Positions 9,929 to 20,799 are shown, numbered from the whole stretch's first letter. The stretch is DNA of 63,447 nucleotides, filler included, from Anaerolineae bacterium (GCA_041082215.1; 10 parts of 10 records of this genome joined end to end with filler, not necessarily neighbours in it), one strand, 5' to 3'. The notes: generated from the letters alone by a model not told the origin. Made by a program: numbers and translations.

Positions 9929-10710
9929 TGGCTGTTGACTCCTGGCACCGCTACGTGGTGGGGGCGGCCCGGCTGGAGGCCACCGGCCCCTCCCTCCGCT
10001 TCGTCCTCTCCGGCGCCTCCGCCCGCCAGTATTCGGACGCCCAGCTCGATGACTACGAGGGACTGCCCCGGCGCCGCTTCCCATGGCGACCGCCCCTCCG
10101 CCTCACGGTCCGTGCCCGCTTCTCCCATCCGGCAGGCGAACTGCGGGGCACCGCTGGCTTCGGCTTCTGGAACGATCCCTTCCTGATGACCGGCCTCCGG
10201 GTGCCCACCCTCCCCCGCGCCGTCTGGTTCTTCTACGCTTCGCCCCCCTCCGATATGAGGCTGGACCTGCACACGCCGGGCTGGGGCTGGAAGGCATCCG
10301 TCGTGGACGCCCTGCGCCCTCCTGCCCTCCTCCTGGCCCCTTTCGCTCCCCTGCTCGTCCCCCTGATGAACCTTCGCCCCCTCTACCATGCCCTCTGGCC
10401 CACCATTCAGCAGGCCCTGGGCGTGCGGGAGGCCGCGGTCGGCGCGGAGATGACCGGATGGCACACCTATACTCTGGAGTGGGGGACACAGCAGGCCCGC
10501 TTCGCAGTGGACGGAGAGCCGCTGCTTGTGGACGGCCCCTCCCCCCGCGGTCCCTTGGGCTTCGTGATGTGGCTGGATAACCAGTACCTGGTCGCCACCC
10601 CGCAGGGGCGATTGAGGTGGGGGCTGCTGGAGGTGGAGGGTGTTCAGTGGATGGAAGTGGATCGGTTCGTCATTGAGCCTGTGACTGCAGAGAGTCTGGA
10701 GGAGGGGTGA
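9925..10710 (+). CDS. Hypothetical protein, concanavalin-A/GH16-like beta-sandwich
   Basis: GTAGFGFWN, WHTYTLEW..ARFAVDG, P.GFVMWLDN patterns; translationally coupled to cobO. Confidence 0.6.
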   Translation: MMAVDSWHRYVVGAARLEATGPSLRFVLSGASARQYSDAQLDDYEGLPRRRFPWRPPLRLTVRARFSHPAGELRGTAGFGFWNDPFLMTGLRVPTLPRAVWFFYASPPSDMRLDLHTPGWGWKASVVDALRPPALLLAPFAPLLVPLMNLRPLYHALWPTIQQALGVREAAVGAEMTGWHTYTLEWGTQQARFAVDGEPLLVDGPSPRGPLGFVMWLDNQYLVATPQGRLRWGLLEVEGVQWMEVDRFVIEPVTAESLEEG

Positions 10711-10711
10711 C

Positions 10712-12046
10712 ATGGACGCACAGAGACAAGGGGACACGGGGATGCGGGGACACGGGGTCACCGCGTCATCCCATCTCCGCGTCACCGCATCCCGGCGTCT
10801 CCGTGTCTTTGCAGCAGGGACAGCCCTGTTTCTTATCGTTGGGTTGCTTTCTGCCTGCCGTGCGCCGCTTTCCCCGACGCCCACTCCCACTCCAACCCTG
10901 CCGCCCGGAGCTTATTCTCTCTTCATACCCAGCGTATCCGGCGGCGGGGCTCCCGTCCTCACCCCGACCTCCGTTCCCGCCCCTCCTTCCCCTGCCCCCC
11001 CTACTCCCCTGCCGCCTCCCGTCTTCAAGCCGGGGGCTGGCGTGCAGGTCCATCTCTTCGCCGGCGACCCCACGCAGACCCTCCGCTGGGCTCAGGGGCT
11101 GGGGGTGGAATGGGTCAAGCAGCAGGTGGACTGGAATCTGATCGAGCACGGGCCGGGGAATATCGAGTGGGTGCAACTGGACCAGGCGGTGGACCTCTGC
11201 GAGGCCTTTGGCTTCCGCCTTCTGATCAGTGTGATCAACGCCCCCGAATACCTCCGTCCCACTCCCACGGGGTTCGGCCCCCCGGCCGACTACGGGGAGT
11301 TCCGCCGCTTTATGCGACAGATGGCGGAGCGATACCGGGGGCGGGTGGACGCCTATGAGCTGTGGAACGAGCCGAACCTGGCCCGGGAGTGGAGCGGGGA
11401 TACGCTCGACCCCGCCCGGTTCGTGGCACTGGTGGCGGAAGGAGCGCAGGGGGTGCGGGAGGGGGACCCCCAGGCGCTGGTGGTGAGCGGCGCGCCGGGG
11501 GTCACCGGCATCAACGACGGCGTCACCGCAATAGACGACCGGGCCTTCTTCCGGGGGATGCTTGCCGCTGGCCTGGCCCAGTGGGTGGATGGGGCCGGTG
11601 TCCATCCCTACGGCTTCGCCAATCCCCCCGATGCCAGCTACCGCGACCCCCAGCAGGTGGCCCCCAGCCACAACAGCCATCCCAGCTTCTTCTTCCGGGA
11701 CACGCTGGAGGACTACCGGGCCATCCTGCTGGAGTACGGTGCAGGCGACCTTCCCCTCTGGGTGACCGAGTTCGGCTGGCCGTCGGTGGAGGGGATGGGG
11801 GGGATGGATACGACTGGGTGGGAGTACGCCCGCCACGTCTCCGAGCAGGAGCAGGCGGAATACATCGTCCGCGCCTTCCAGATCGGCCTGGGGACACCCT
11901 GGGTGGGGCCGATGTTCCTCTGGAACCTGAACATCGCCGTCGTTTACGGCAACAGCCGGCCAGAGGCAGCCTACAGCCTCCTGCGGCCCGACGGCAGCCT
12001 TCGCCCGGCCTACATCGCCCTTCGGCTGGCCAGCCCATCGCCCTGA
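10712..12046 (+). CDS. Glycoside hydrolase clan A (GH5/GH39-like) lipoprotein
   Basis: Lipobox LLSAC, Pro/Thr linker, acid/base WNEPN, HPYG, nucleophile WVTEFG. Confidence 0.85.
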   Translation: MDAQRQGDTGMRGHGVTASSHLRVTASRRLRVFAAGTALFLIVGLLSACRAPLSPTPTPTPTLPPGAYSLFIPSVSGGGAPVLTPTSVPAPPSPAPPTPLPPPVFKPGAGVQVHLFAGDPTQTLRWAQGLGVEWVKQQVDWNLIEHGPGNIEWVQLDQAVDLCEAFGFRLLISVINAPEYLRPTPTGFGPPADYGEFRRFMRQMAERYRGRVDAYELWNEPNLAREWSGDTLDPARFVALVAEGAQGVREGDPQALVVSGAPGVTGINDGVTAIDDRAFFRGMLAAGLAQWVDGAGVHPYGFANPPDASYRDPQQVAPSHNSHPSFFFRDTLEDYRAILLEYGAGDLPLWVTEFGWPSVEGMGGMDTTGWEYARHVSEQEQAEYIVRAFQIGLGTPWVGPMFLWNLNIAVVYGNSRPEAAYSLLRPDGSLRPAYIALRLASPSP

Positions 12047-12059
12047 CCCATTCCCCAAT

Positions 12060-12099
12060 TCTTATTCTTTTCTTACGTTGCTCTTATGTTTTTTTGACA
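12060..12099 (+). promoter_or_regulatory. 11-bp-period direct repeats (TCTTAY x3 + TTTGAC), putative OmpR-family binding array
   Basis: TCTTAT 12060, TCTTAC 12071, TCTTAT 12082, TTTGAC 12093 in an AT-rich stretch upstream of the ABC operon. Confidence 0.5.
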
Positions 12100-12141
12100 C
12101 ACTCGTTGTACATAACTCTTTCGTGATAACTGCTCGCTAAT

Positions 12142-12197
12142 GTAGGGCAAGCTTTTAGCCTGCCCCATCTGCCGACAGGCTGGAAAGCCTCTCCTGC
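12142..12197. repeat. GTAG-type REP-like palindrome
   Basis: gtagggcaagcttttagcctgcc ... gacaggctggaaagcctctcctgc. Confidence 0.65.
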
Positions 12198-12261
12198 ATC
12201 AGACAGGTCTGTTGAGCAATTGCCGCTAAACCTATAAAAACTTTGCTTCGGGAGGTGTGTA

Positions 12262-13425
12262 ATGCGAAAACTGGCAACCATTGTACTGCTCCTGACTCTG
12301 CTTCTGGCTGTCTTCGGAGGCCCGTCGGTCCTGGCACAGGGCCAGAGCCCAGGTACATTGAAAATCTTCACCCGTTATCCGGTCCAGGAGGCAGCTATCG
12401 GCGATTCCATCACCTTCGACCTCACGGTCCAGTCCGAAGCGACCTCTCAGGCCGTTCGGCTGGAAGTGCAGGGGCTGCCTGAGGGCTGGACGGCGACCTT
12501 CCGGGGCGGTGGGAAGGTCATCCGGGCAGTGTATGCCGAGAAGGGGGAAGATGCCCTGGTAGACCTTCGGGTCGAGCTTCCGGAGGATGTCCAGCCCGGC
12601 ACCTACAGCTTCCTGGTCGTTGCCCGGGGAGAGCAGGAGACAGCCCAGTTCCCCCTGGAGCTGATCGTGCAGGAAAAGTTGCCCCCCAGCTTGAAGTTCG
12701 AGGTGGAACTGCCTATGCTGCGGGGCACGCAGAACACCATCTTCCGGTACGACGCCACGCTGGAAAACGAGGGGGATGAGGATCTCTCGGTCAGCCTGAC
12801 CGCCGACGCGCCGGCAGGCTTTCAGGTGACCTTCAAACTTTCCGGGCAGGATGTGACCAGCATCCCCATCGCCGCCAACGAGTCCAAGCGGCTGAGCATC
12901 GAAGTGCAGGCGTACACTGAAGTGCCGGCTGGCACATATGAGATTGGGGTGCTGGCCCAGGGCGGGGAAGCCCGCGCAGCGACGATCCTGACCGCCGAGG
13001 TGACCGGCCAGCCAGAGTTGAGCATCTCCGGGGTGGACGGCCGGCTTTCGGGGCAGGCCTACGCTGGCAGGGAGTCTTCCCTGAAGATCGTGATCCAGAA
13101 CACCGGCACCGCTCCGGCCCGTGGCGTTCAGTTGAGCGCTTCCCAGCCCTCTGGCTGGTCGGTCACCTTCGACCCGGAGGAGATCCCCGAACTGCCGAGC
13201 GGCAGTGAGGTCGAGGTGACCGCCAAGATCCGGCCTTCGGAACAGGCGGTGGCCGGGGACTACGTTGTCACCGTCCGCGCCTATCCGGAGGATGGCTCCT
13301 CCGAGTCGGCGGAGTTCCGCATCACTGTGCGCACGTCCACCCTCTGGGGCGTCGTCGGGGTGGCGCTCATCGCTGTGGCCGTGTTTGTCGTCGGCCTGGC
13401 CGTGACGCGCTTCGGCCGCCGATAG
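12262..13425 (+). CDS. NEW3-domain (Ig-like repeats) ABC-transporter-associated membrane-anchored protein
   Basis: Signal peptide, three Ig-like repeats (LPEGW, APAGF, QPSGW), C-terminal TM ending in RFGRR. Confidence 0.85.
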   Translation: MRKLATIVLLLTLLLAVFGGPSVLAQGQSPGTLKIFTRYPVQEAAIGDSITFDLTVQSEATSQAVRLEVQGLPEGWTATFRGGGKVIRAVYAEKGEDALVDLRVELPEDVQPGTYSFLVVARGEQETAQFPLELIVQEKLPPSLKFEVELPMLRGTQNTIFRYDATLENEGDEDLSVSLTADAPAGFQVTFKLSGQDVTSIPIAANESKRLSIEVQAYTEVPAGTYEIGVLAQGGEARAATILTAEVTGQPELSISGVDGRLSGQAYAGRESSLKIVIQNTGTAPARGVQLSASQPSGWSVTFDPEEIPELPSGSEVEVTAKIRPSEQAVAGDYVVTVRAYPEDGSSESAEFRITVRTSTLWGVVGVALIAVAVFVVGLAVTRFGRR

Positions 13426-13442
13426 GGGTGAGGTGATGCACC

Positions 13443-14396
13443 ATGGGCGAGGTAGTCCTTGAGGCAAGGGGTCTGACCAAGCGGTACGGCGACATCCTCG
13501 CCGTGGACAATCTGGATCTGACCATTCACCAGGGGGAGGTCTTCGGGCTGCTCGGCCCCAACGGCGCCGGCAAAACGACCACCATCCTGATGCTCCTGGG
13601 CCTTACCGAGCCGACGGCGGGCAGCGTACGGGTGCTGGGCTTCGACCCGGCCCGCCGCCCCCTGAGCGTCAAGGCACGGGTGGGGTATCTCCCCGAGCGG
13701 CTTGGCTTCTATGAAGGGCTGACGGCCCGGGAGAACCTGATCTACACCGCTAAGCTCAACGGCCTGCGCCGGGAGGAGGCGTACCGGCGGATTGACGAGG
13801 CGCTGGCCCGGATCGGGCTGGGAGATGTCGCTGACCGTCCGGTCTCCACCTTCTCGCGGGGGATGCGTCAGCGGCTCGGCGTGGCCGACGTGCTGATCAA
13901 ACAGCCCCAGCTCATCATTATGGACGAGCCGACCCAGGGGCTGGATCCGGAGGCCGCGCGGGAGTTCCTGAAGATCATCCGCCAGCTCAAGGGGGAAGGT
14001 ATTACTATCATGCTCTCCTCCCATCTCCTCCACCAGGTACAGGCGGTCTGCGACCGGGTCGGCCTCTTCCACCGGGGCCGGATGGTGCTGGAGGGGACGG
14101 TCGAGGAGCTGGCCCGGCGGGTGCTCGGCACCGCCTACCGCATCCGTCTGGAGGCGGAAGGGCCAGCAGAGCAACTGGAAGCGGCCCTCCGCCGCCTGGA
14201 GGGGGTGGCGAAGGTCGAACGATCCGACGCCAACCTCTATGAGCTGGAGGCGGGGGAGGACCTGCGCGCCGAGGCGGCCCGGGCGGTGGTCGAGGCAGGA
14301 GGGAGGCTCCTCTCGCTGAACATCGAGACCTTCAGCCTGGACGACGTCTACGCCCACTACTTCGAGCAGGAGGTGGAACATGGCGCAGCAAGCTGA
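13443..14396 (+). CDS. ABC transporter ATP-binding protein
   Basis: Walker [10 protein letters not shown], signature FSRGMRQR, Walker B IMDEPT, H-loop SSH. Confidence 0.95.
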   Translation: MGEVVLEARGLTKRYGDILAVDNLDLTIHQGEVFGLLGPNGAGKTTTILMLLGLTEPTAGSVRVLGFDPARRPLSVKARVGYLPERLGFYEGLTARENLIYTAKLNGLRREEAYRRIDEALARIGLGDVADRPVSTFSRGMRQRLGVADVLIKQPQLIIMDEPTQGLDPEAAREFLKIIRQLKGEGITIMLSSHLLHQVQAVCDRVGLFHRGRMVLEGTVEELARRVLGTAYRIRLEAEGPAEQLEAALRRLEGVAKVERSDANLYELEAGEDLRAEAARAVVEAGGRLLSLNIETFSLDDVYAHYFEQEVEHGAAS

Positions 14397-15363
14397 ACAG
14401 GTCGAGCGGACATTTCAGCGCGAAGGCTCGCCGTGGACCGGCCTCTGGGCTGTGGTCGCCAAGGAGATGGCCGACCACCTGACCAGCGTGCGCATGTTCT
14501 TCCTGGAGCTCCTCATCGTGTTGACGGCCATCGGCACCGTGTACGCAGCCGCCCAGAACCTGCGCAGCGCAGGCCAGGACCGGTTCCTCTTCCTCCAGCT
14601 CTTCACCACCGGACGGGACCCGATCCCGGCGTTCGTGGGCTTCCTGGGATTCCTGGTCCCCCTGATCGCCATCGCCATGGCCTTCGACGCCGTCAACGGG
14701 GAGTTCAACCAGCGGACCATCTCCCGTATTCTGGCCCAGCCGATCTATCGGGATGCCCTGCTGCTGGGCAAGTTCCTGGCCGGGCTGCTCACTCTGGCAC
14801 TGGTTCTGGCGACCATCTGGCTGCTGGTGATGGGGCTGGGGATTATGGTGCTGGGGGTCCCGCCCAGCCCTGAGGAGGTCGCCCGCAGCCTCTGGTTCAT
14901 GCTGGTGGTGGTCTTCTATGGCGGCATCTGGCTGGCGCTGGCCACGCTCTTCTCCATCCGCTTCCGACAACCGGCCACGGCCGCGCTGGCCTCCATCGCC
15001 GTCTGGCTTTTCTTCACCATCTTCTGGGGGATCATCGCCGATCTACTGGCGCCGGTGCTGCGACCGGTGCGGGTCGGTTATCTGGATGAGGTGGTGGCGC
15101 AGATCCAACTGAACCTGGCGCTGAGCCGCCTCTCCCCCAACACGCTGTACGCGGAGGCGGTGCTGGCCCTGCTCAACCCCACCGTCCGATCCCTGGGGCT
15201 GCTGTTGCCGATCCAGCTGGACGGGGCGGTGCTGGGCGCGCCGCTGCCACTGGCCCAGAGCGTGGCGCTCATCTGGCCACACCTGACGGGCCTCGCTGCC
15301 GCGACGATCCTCCTCTTTGCCCTCGGCTACGTCCTTTTCCAGCGGCAGGAGATCCGCGCATAG
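14380..15363 (+). CDS. ABC-2 type transporter permease
   Basis: Multiple TM helices; E...TI.RILAQPI.R..LL.GKF motif; overlaps the ATPase stop. Confidence 0.92.
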   Translation: MAQQAEQVERTFQREGSPWTGLWAVVAKEMADHLTSVRMFFLELLIVLTAIGTVYAAAQNLRSAGQDRFLFLQLFTTGRDPIPAFVGFLGFLVPLIAIAMAFDAVNGEFNQRTISRILAQPIYRDALLLGKFLAGLLTLALVLATIWLLVMGLGIMVLGVPPSPEEVARSLWFMLVVVFYGGIWLALATLFSIRFRQPATAALASIAVWLFFTIFWGIIADLLAPVLRPVRVGYLDEVVAQIQLNLALSRLSPNTLYAEAVLALLNPTVRSLGLLLPIQLDGAVLGAPLPLAQSVALIWPHLTGLAAATILLFALGYVLFQRQEIRA

Positions 15364-15393
15364 CGAGTGCGGAACAGGCTGTACCGCTTTTGA

Positions 15394-15428
15394 CCGGGAG
15401 GGGGGCTGAGCCAGCTTCCCCCTCCCGG
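15394..15428. terminator. GC-rich hairpin downstream of the ABC operon (possible terminator)
   Basis: ccgggagggg...cccctcccgg inverted repeat; no clear U-tract. Confidence 0.4.
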
Positions 15429-15451
15429 CGCCATTATAATGGCCTGCCCGC

Positions 15452-15501
15452 ATAGCCCGGGCCGTCAGGCCTGTCTCTTGCAGGCAGGCAGCCTGCGCTA
15501 C
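15452..15501. repeat. GTAG-type REP-like palindrome
   Basis: atagcccgggccgtcaggcctg ... caggcaggcagcctgcgctac. Confidence 0.5.
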
Positions 15502-15525
15502 ACTTAGACCCGTTGAGCCGTGGGC

Positions 15526-15554
15526 TTGACACGGGGGATATGTCCTGCTATAAC
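15526..15554 (+). promoter_or_regulatory. Sigma70 promoter for the acyl-CoA dehydrogenase operon
   Basis: TTGACA-N17-TATAAC with extended TGn. Confidence 0.75.
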
Positions 15555-15635
15555 ACAGAACCATCCCGTGAGTGTCCGGGATGTCCGGGCCTGCAATGGG
15601 TTCAGACGACGATAAAACGTAGAGAGGAGGCTAAG

Positions 15636-16868
15636 GTGGACTTCAGTTGGACTGAGGAACAGCGGCTGTGGCGGCGGGCGGTGCGGGACTTCGCCCAGAA
15701 AGAGATCGCCCCCCGCGTGCGGGAGATGGACACCACCGGACGGATCCCCCCCGAGATCGTCAGAGGGATGGCCGAGATGGGCCTGCTGGCTCCGGTGGTA
15801 GGGGAGGAGTACGGCGGGGCTGGCGCCGACTGGACGATGGCCGCCATCGCCGCCGAGGAGCTGGGCCGCGCCGACATCAGCCTGGCGGTGCCAGTGCTGT
15901 ATCTGGTGGAGGCGGCCTGGGGGTTCATTTTCTACAAATACGGCACTCCCGAGCTGAAAGAAGAGTACCTGCCCAGAGTGACGCGGGGGGAGGCCTTCCT
16001 GGGCATCGCCAGCACCGAACCCAGCGGCGGCTCGGATATTCTCAGGGCCTGCCGCACCCGCGCCGTGCGGGAAGGGGACGGGTGGGTCCTCAACGGTGAG
16101 AAGATTTTTATCAGCGGTGTGCGGGAGTCGCTGGAGTGGGGCGGCATCCACCTCACCCTGGCCCGCACTGACCCCGACCCCAGGGCCGGCCACCGGGCCT
16201 TTACCTTCTTCGCCGTTCCCCTCAAAGGGACAAAGGGCATCACCCCCACTTTCTTTGAGGACATGGGGCGAATGGGCATCTCCACCGGCGGCTTCGCGAT
16301 GGAGGACGTGCGGCTGCCCGCTCACCACCAGGTCGGCGAGTTCAACCGGGGCTTCTACCACGCGATGGAAGGGTTCTCCGCCGCCCGTACCCTGATCGGC
16401 GCCACCTGCGTCGGGGCGGCCGAGGCGGTGCTGGAGATGGGGATGGACCATATCCGGCTGCGGGAGGCCTTCGGACGGCCCCTGGCCACCTTCGAGGGCA
16501 TCCAGTTCCCCCTGGCCGACCTCTACGCCGAGCTGGAGGGGGTCCGGCTCTCCACCTACAAGGCCGCGTGGACGATGGACCAGAAGTACAAATACGACGC
16601 GGCCACCCACCACGATATCGCGCTGGCGGCGGCGATCGCCAAGCTCCGCGCCCCCAACCTCGGCTTCGAGATTATGAACGAGGTCGCCAACTGGTTCGGC
16701 GCGATGGCCTACACCAAAGAGTACCCCATCGAGATGGGCATTCGGGGCATCCGCTCCTATTCCATTGGCGCGGAGGGGACGATCAACGTCATGCGCCTCA
16801 TCATCGCCCGCGAGCTTTTGGGGCAGGAGTTCCTTCCCACCCTTTATACCGGCCGAGAAGAGGTATGA
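15636..16868 (+). CDS. Acyl-CoA dehydrogenase
   Basis: ASTEPSGGSD, LNGEKIFIS, R.AFGRPL..F.GIQF.LAD, FG.M.Y..EYP.E, IGAEGT; GTG start after GAGGAGG. Confidence 0.93.
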   Translation: MDFSWTEEQRLWRRAVRDFAQKEIAPRVREMDTTGRIPPEIVRGMAEMGLLAPVVGEEYGGAGADWTMAAIAAEELGRADISLAVPVLYLVEAAWGFIFYKYGTPELKEEYLPRVTRGEAFLGIASTEPSGGSDILRACRTRAVREGDGWVLNGEKIFISGVRESLEWGGIHLTLARTDPDPRAGHRAFTFFAVPLKGTKGITPTFFEDMGRMGISTGGFAMEDVRLPAHHQVGEFNRGFYHAMEGFSAARTLIGATCVGAAEAVLEMGMDHIRLREAFGRPLATFEGIQFPLADLYAELEGVRLSTYKAAWTMDQKYKYDAATHHDIALAAAIAKLRAPNLGFEIMNEVANWFGAMAYTKEYPIEMGIRGIRSYSIGAEGTINVMRLIIARELLGQEFLPTLYTGREEV

Positions 16869-18923
16869 GCCGACGCGGGCTTCTCCTGGCGGTTGTGCTG
16901 CTGCTGGTAGGGGCTATCCCGGCGTCGGCCGGCGGCCCGCCGCCCCGCGAGGAGGACCTCCGGCTGGCGGAAACCTACGCGCCGGCCCTCTATTTCCATC
17001 CCGACGAGCTCTTCCGCCCCCAGCCGGTGGAGGTGATGGTCAGACAGGCTCGCCTGCGGCAGGCCCGCTCCGGCTGGTTCGACGTGAACGTGCTCAATCA
17101 ACTTTCCGTGCATGAGCTTTTTCTCTTCCACGGAGCGGAGTATTTCCTGGACGCCTGGTACGGCACCGAAGGGGCCTCCGATTACAAAAACTACTCCGCC
17201 CACCGTGCCCACTATGCCGCCGGCCTCAGCCCCGAGGCCGGCGGCCCTCCTATCACAGCCTACGCCCGCGTCGTCCGCGGGGAAGAGGGGATCACGATCC
17301 AGTACTGGCTCTTCTATTACTACAACGACTGGTTCAACAAGCACGAGGGGGATTGGGAGATGGTCCAGGTGATCCTGGACCCGGAGGAACGGCCGCACTG
17401 GGTTGTCCTGAGCCAGCACCACGGCGGCACCCGTCGCCCCTGGGCCGGTGTGCGGGTGGAGGAGGAAACCCACCACGCCGTCTACGTGGCCCTCGGCTCC
17501 CACGCCAACTACTTCTGGGGGGACGAGGTCTACCCCAATGCCCGGGAGCTGGGCGGGGAGTCCTTCATCGTGATGGACCGGACCGGCTCCGCCGGGCGGG
17601 CGATCCCCCAGGTGCTGCTCCTGCCCGAACGGGAGGAGGTGGAGGCCCATCCGGAAGAGTATCCCGGCCTGGAATGGCTCCGCTTCTCCGGCAACTGGGG
17701 GGAGCGGGCCCCCCAGGCCGACTTCGGCGGCCCCCGCGGCCCGGCAGAGAAAGGTGAACAGTGGGAAGCCCCATACGAATGGGGAATGGCCCAGCCGCTC
17801 GACGAAACGGTCTGGTACGGCCACCGGCTCCGGATAGAGGCGGCAGGAGAGGGGCCAGTGGAGGTGGCGCTGGTAGGGAAGGACGGCGCTCCGGTGCCGG
17901 ATGTGGACCGGATCGAGGCGGATGGGGGACGGCGGGTGACCCTCCTCCTGCATCGGGACCCCGGGCCGGAGGCAGCGTTCCGGTTCGTCGTATCTGCCCC
18001 ACAGGGGGGGGAAGTGCAGGTGACCACCGTCTACCCCCACCCGGGGCGGGAGGAGGTGACCCGTGCAGCGTGCGGACCGGTGGCGCTGACACCGGAGGGG
18101 CAGCTCGCGGGCCGGCTGTGCGATACCTGTCCCCCCACTCTGGAGCAGACCGGCGGGGCAGGACAGGCAACGGTGGTCTGTGAGGCCGAAAACCTCCCGG
18201 CGATCTGGGATGCGCCGGATATTGTGTGGCTGGCCGGGTTGCTTCCGGCAGGGGAGGTGATACGCGGGCTGGGGCTGGCCCTCCTGGCCGGGCTTGGCCC
18301 CACGGCCCTCTATGTGCTGGCCCTTTACTGGGTGGACCGGTATGAGAAGGAGCCAAAGCGGCTTCTGGCAGCCGCCTTTCTCTGGGGCGCCATCCCCGCC
18401 ATGCTGGTCGCCATCGCCGTGCGGCTCTTTTTCCGCCTGCCCCCCTCCCTCCTGGGGCCGGAGGCGGTGGAGGCGGTGGGGGCCGGGCTGGTGGCTCCAC
18501 TGGTGGAAGAACTGCTGAAAGGCGGAGCGGTCCTCTTCATTTTCCTGCGCTACCGGCAGGAGTTCGACGACATGCTGGATGGCATGGTCTACGGCGGGAT
18601 GGTGGGGTTCGGCTTCGCTATGACGGGCAACACCGTCAGCTACCTGGGGGCCTTCCTCCTCCACGGCTGGGCAGGTCTGAGCACGCCGGTCTTTCTGCAG
18701 GGACTGCTCTACGGGCTGGACCACGCCCTCTACACGGCGATCTTCGGGGCGGGGCTGGGGCTGGCACGGACAATGCAGACGGGTCGGCCCCGCTGGGCGG
18801 TCGGCCTGAGCGGGCTTCTTCTGGCGATGCTCGTCCACGGCCTCCACAACACGGCGGTGCGGCACGCGCTGGGGCTGAGTCCCCTCACCGTAGTGGGGAC
18901 CCTGGCCGGCGTTCTGGCGATGG
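16865..18923 (+). CDS. Vps62-like extracellular domain fused to a PrsW-family intramembrane protease (3'-truncated at contig end)
   Basis: Signal peptide; YAP.LYFH..E.F.P, IQYWLFYYYN...HEGDWE, SQH, VYVALGSHANY; then DRYEKEP, VEELLK, DHA, HGLHN. Confidence 0.75.
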
Positions 18924-19023
18924 NNNNNNNNNNNNNNNNNNNNNNNNNNNNNNNNNNNNNNNNNNNNTTAATTAATTAANNNNNNNNNNNNNNNNNNNNN
19001 NNNNNNNNNNNNNNNNNNNNNNN
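18924..19023. other. Artificial contig linker
   Basis: N44-TTAATTAATTAA-N44 (stops in all six frames). Confidence 0.98.
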
Positions 19024-20700
19024 AGAAAACAATGGGAGGAGCACCGGCTGTCCCAACCGCTCTTGCCCTTGCTTCCGCCCTGCTTCTACTCCCTCTTTCC
19101 CCTGGGGCAGCCGGAGTCTGACGCGCAGGAAACGGTGCAACCGTCGCACATTGACCACCGCAGCCGACCCAATCACCATACAGGCCGCCCGAAACCGCCC
19201 GCGCACCGGCAGTTTCCCTCCCGAAAACGGATGTTTGACGCTCCGCACCGTGGATTCTACGGCCGCCCGCAAGTTCCGCCCGGTCTGTTGGTGCTGAGCA
19301 GATTGGCGCCGACGCTCTGCCCGCCGCCAATCCTCCATCGTGAAACGCAAGACCCACTCTCCCGACCGCTGGCGCAGAACTACCGGGCAGCGGTATCGCT
19401 CCACACAGGTGGCGCAGGCGTCGCCCGCAAAGACGGCCACAAATGCTCGGCCCGACCCGGAAAGGGTCACGGCCGCTATGACTCCGACCGGGCAGGTGAC
19501 CCGCTCCGGTGTGCCCGTCGCATCCGTCCCGACCTGGAAATCATCCAGGTAGAACTGCTCCAGGTCACGCGGCCGGCCCCGGATGGCCGTCTGGATCAGG
19601 GTGACCTGATGTTCGGCCAGCAGCCGGTCATTGTCCGGACTCCCATAACCGCCATCGGTGACGAGCGTCTCCACCCCGGTGCGGGCTTTCAGGTCCGGCA
19701 ACGCCTCGGCCAACAGCACGCTGTCGTCGGTGACGTTGGGCGCCACCTGCACCTGGGTAATCAACTGGACCGGGTTCTCCGGGTCACAGGTCTCGGTGAC
19801 GTTGACCACGTAGCCCCGGTAGCGCTTCCCGCCTTTCTCCCGATAGGTCGCCTCCAGGTCGTCCGGCGACTGCAGACTGCTGGCGCTCAGTTCCCTGGAC
19901 TCTTTGACCTCCAGGCGCTCCTGCTTCAGGCGGAAGTGCTCGGCGAAGACCCGGGCCAGAACCTGATAGACGGGCTGGTCGCCGTAGTCGGCCTCCAGTT
20001 CCGTCAACAGACGGCGCATCGCTTCCCCGATGCGCTGCAGGTGGGCGGGGAAGTCTTCTTTCTTCAGCCGATAGACATACTGTCCGGCGTGCCCCTGCAG
20101 ATAGGGGGCGAAGAGGTCCGCATACCGTTGCTGGTCCTCTTCCGAGAGCATGCGGTAGACCCGCTGCAGGACGGTCACCAGCAGTTGGATGCGCCCCATC
20201 TGGCGAATATTGGACGCCAGGAGAGTGCTATCCATCCGCTGTTTCCCGGTCTTGAGGGAGAAGGCCTGGAGTTGCTCATCGGTCACCTGCTCAAAGGCCT
20301 GCTCCAGCAGGTTCTCACCCGTCTCCTGCATATGGCGAGCCAGCCGTTCTCGGAAGTAATAGAGGGTGCGCAGGTCAAAGTACCCTTCGCCCAGGTGGCG
20401 ATAGCCCAGGGCATAGCGCACCTGGACATTGTAGCAGAACTCGTTGTACATCTCTTCGTCCGTCCAGCCGTTGGCCGCCTTGAGAAACTCCAGGGCGACC
20501 AGCACATTGACCGGTACGTTGGGGCGGGAAGGAAGATCCGCATACAGGACAGCGAAGGGCGCTTCGTCCAGACGGCAGAAGAATTCCTGATAGAAGGTCT
20601 CTGCCCAGGAGTTCTGCAGTCGCTGCCGCAGCGGTTCGGGCAGTTCATCTACGTGGCTGGTCAACGGGATTTGCAGGTGCCGGGTGTTCTTTCGGAACAT
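19024..20700 (-). CDS. DDE transposase (DUF772-like N-terminus + DDE domain), 3'-truncated
   Basis: SRPNVPV..LV.L..LK...G.TDEE, RMDST...SNI, SPDD.EATYREK, VTDGGY, RAAVESTV...K. Confidence 0.88.
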
Positions 20701-20799
20701 GGCCTTCTCCTCTACCGCGTTTCCCGGATTATAGCAGATCCGGCCCATTTTGAGGAGAACGTTCAGAATCGGGTGCTATCCCCTTTTTGCAGTGGAGTC
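19024..20799 (-). mobile_element. Insertion sequence (IS5/IS1182/ISNCY-like DDE), one end present
   Basis: Transposase plus terminus-like TTTTGCAGTGGAGTC at 20785-20799, followed by an abrupt switch to AT-rich sequence; other end lost at the contig break. Confidence 0.75.

Noticed and set aside
18924..19023. Nine recurring TTAATTAATTAA motifs within N runs
   Set aside because: Identical 100-nt artificial joins with six-frame stops. Not a biological repeat or CRISPR; adjacency across them was not interpreted.
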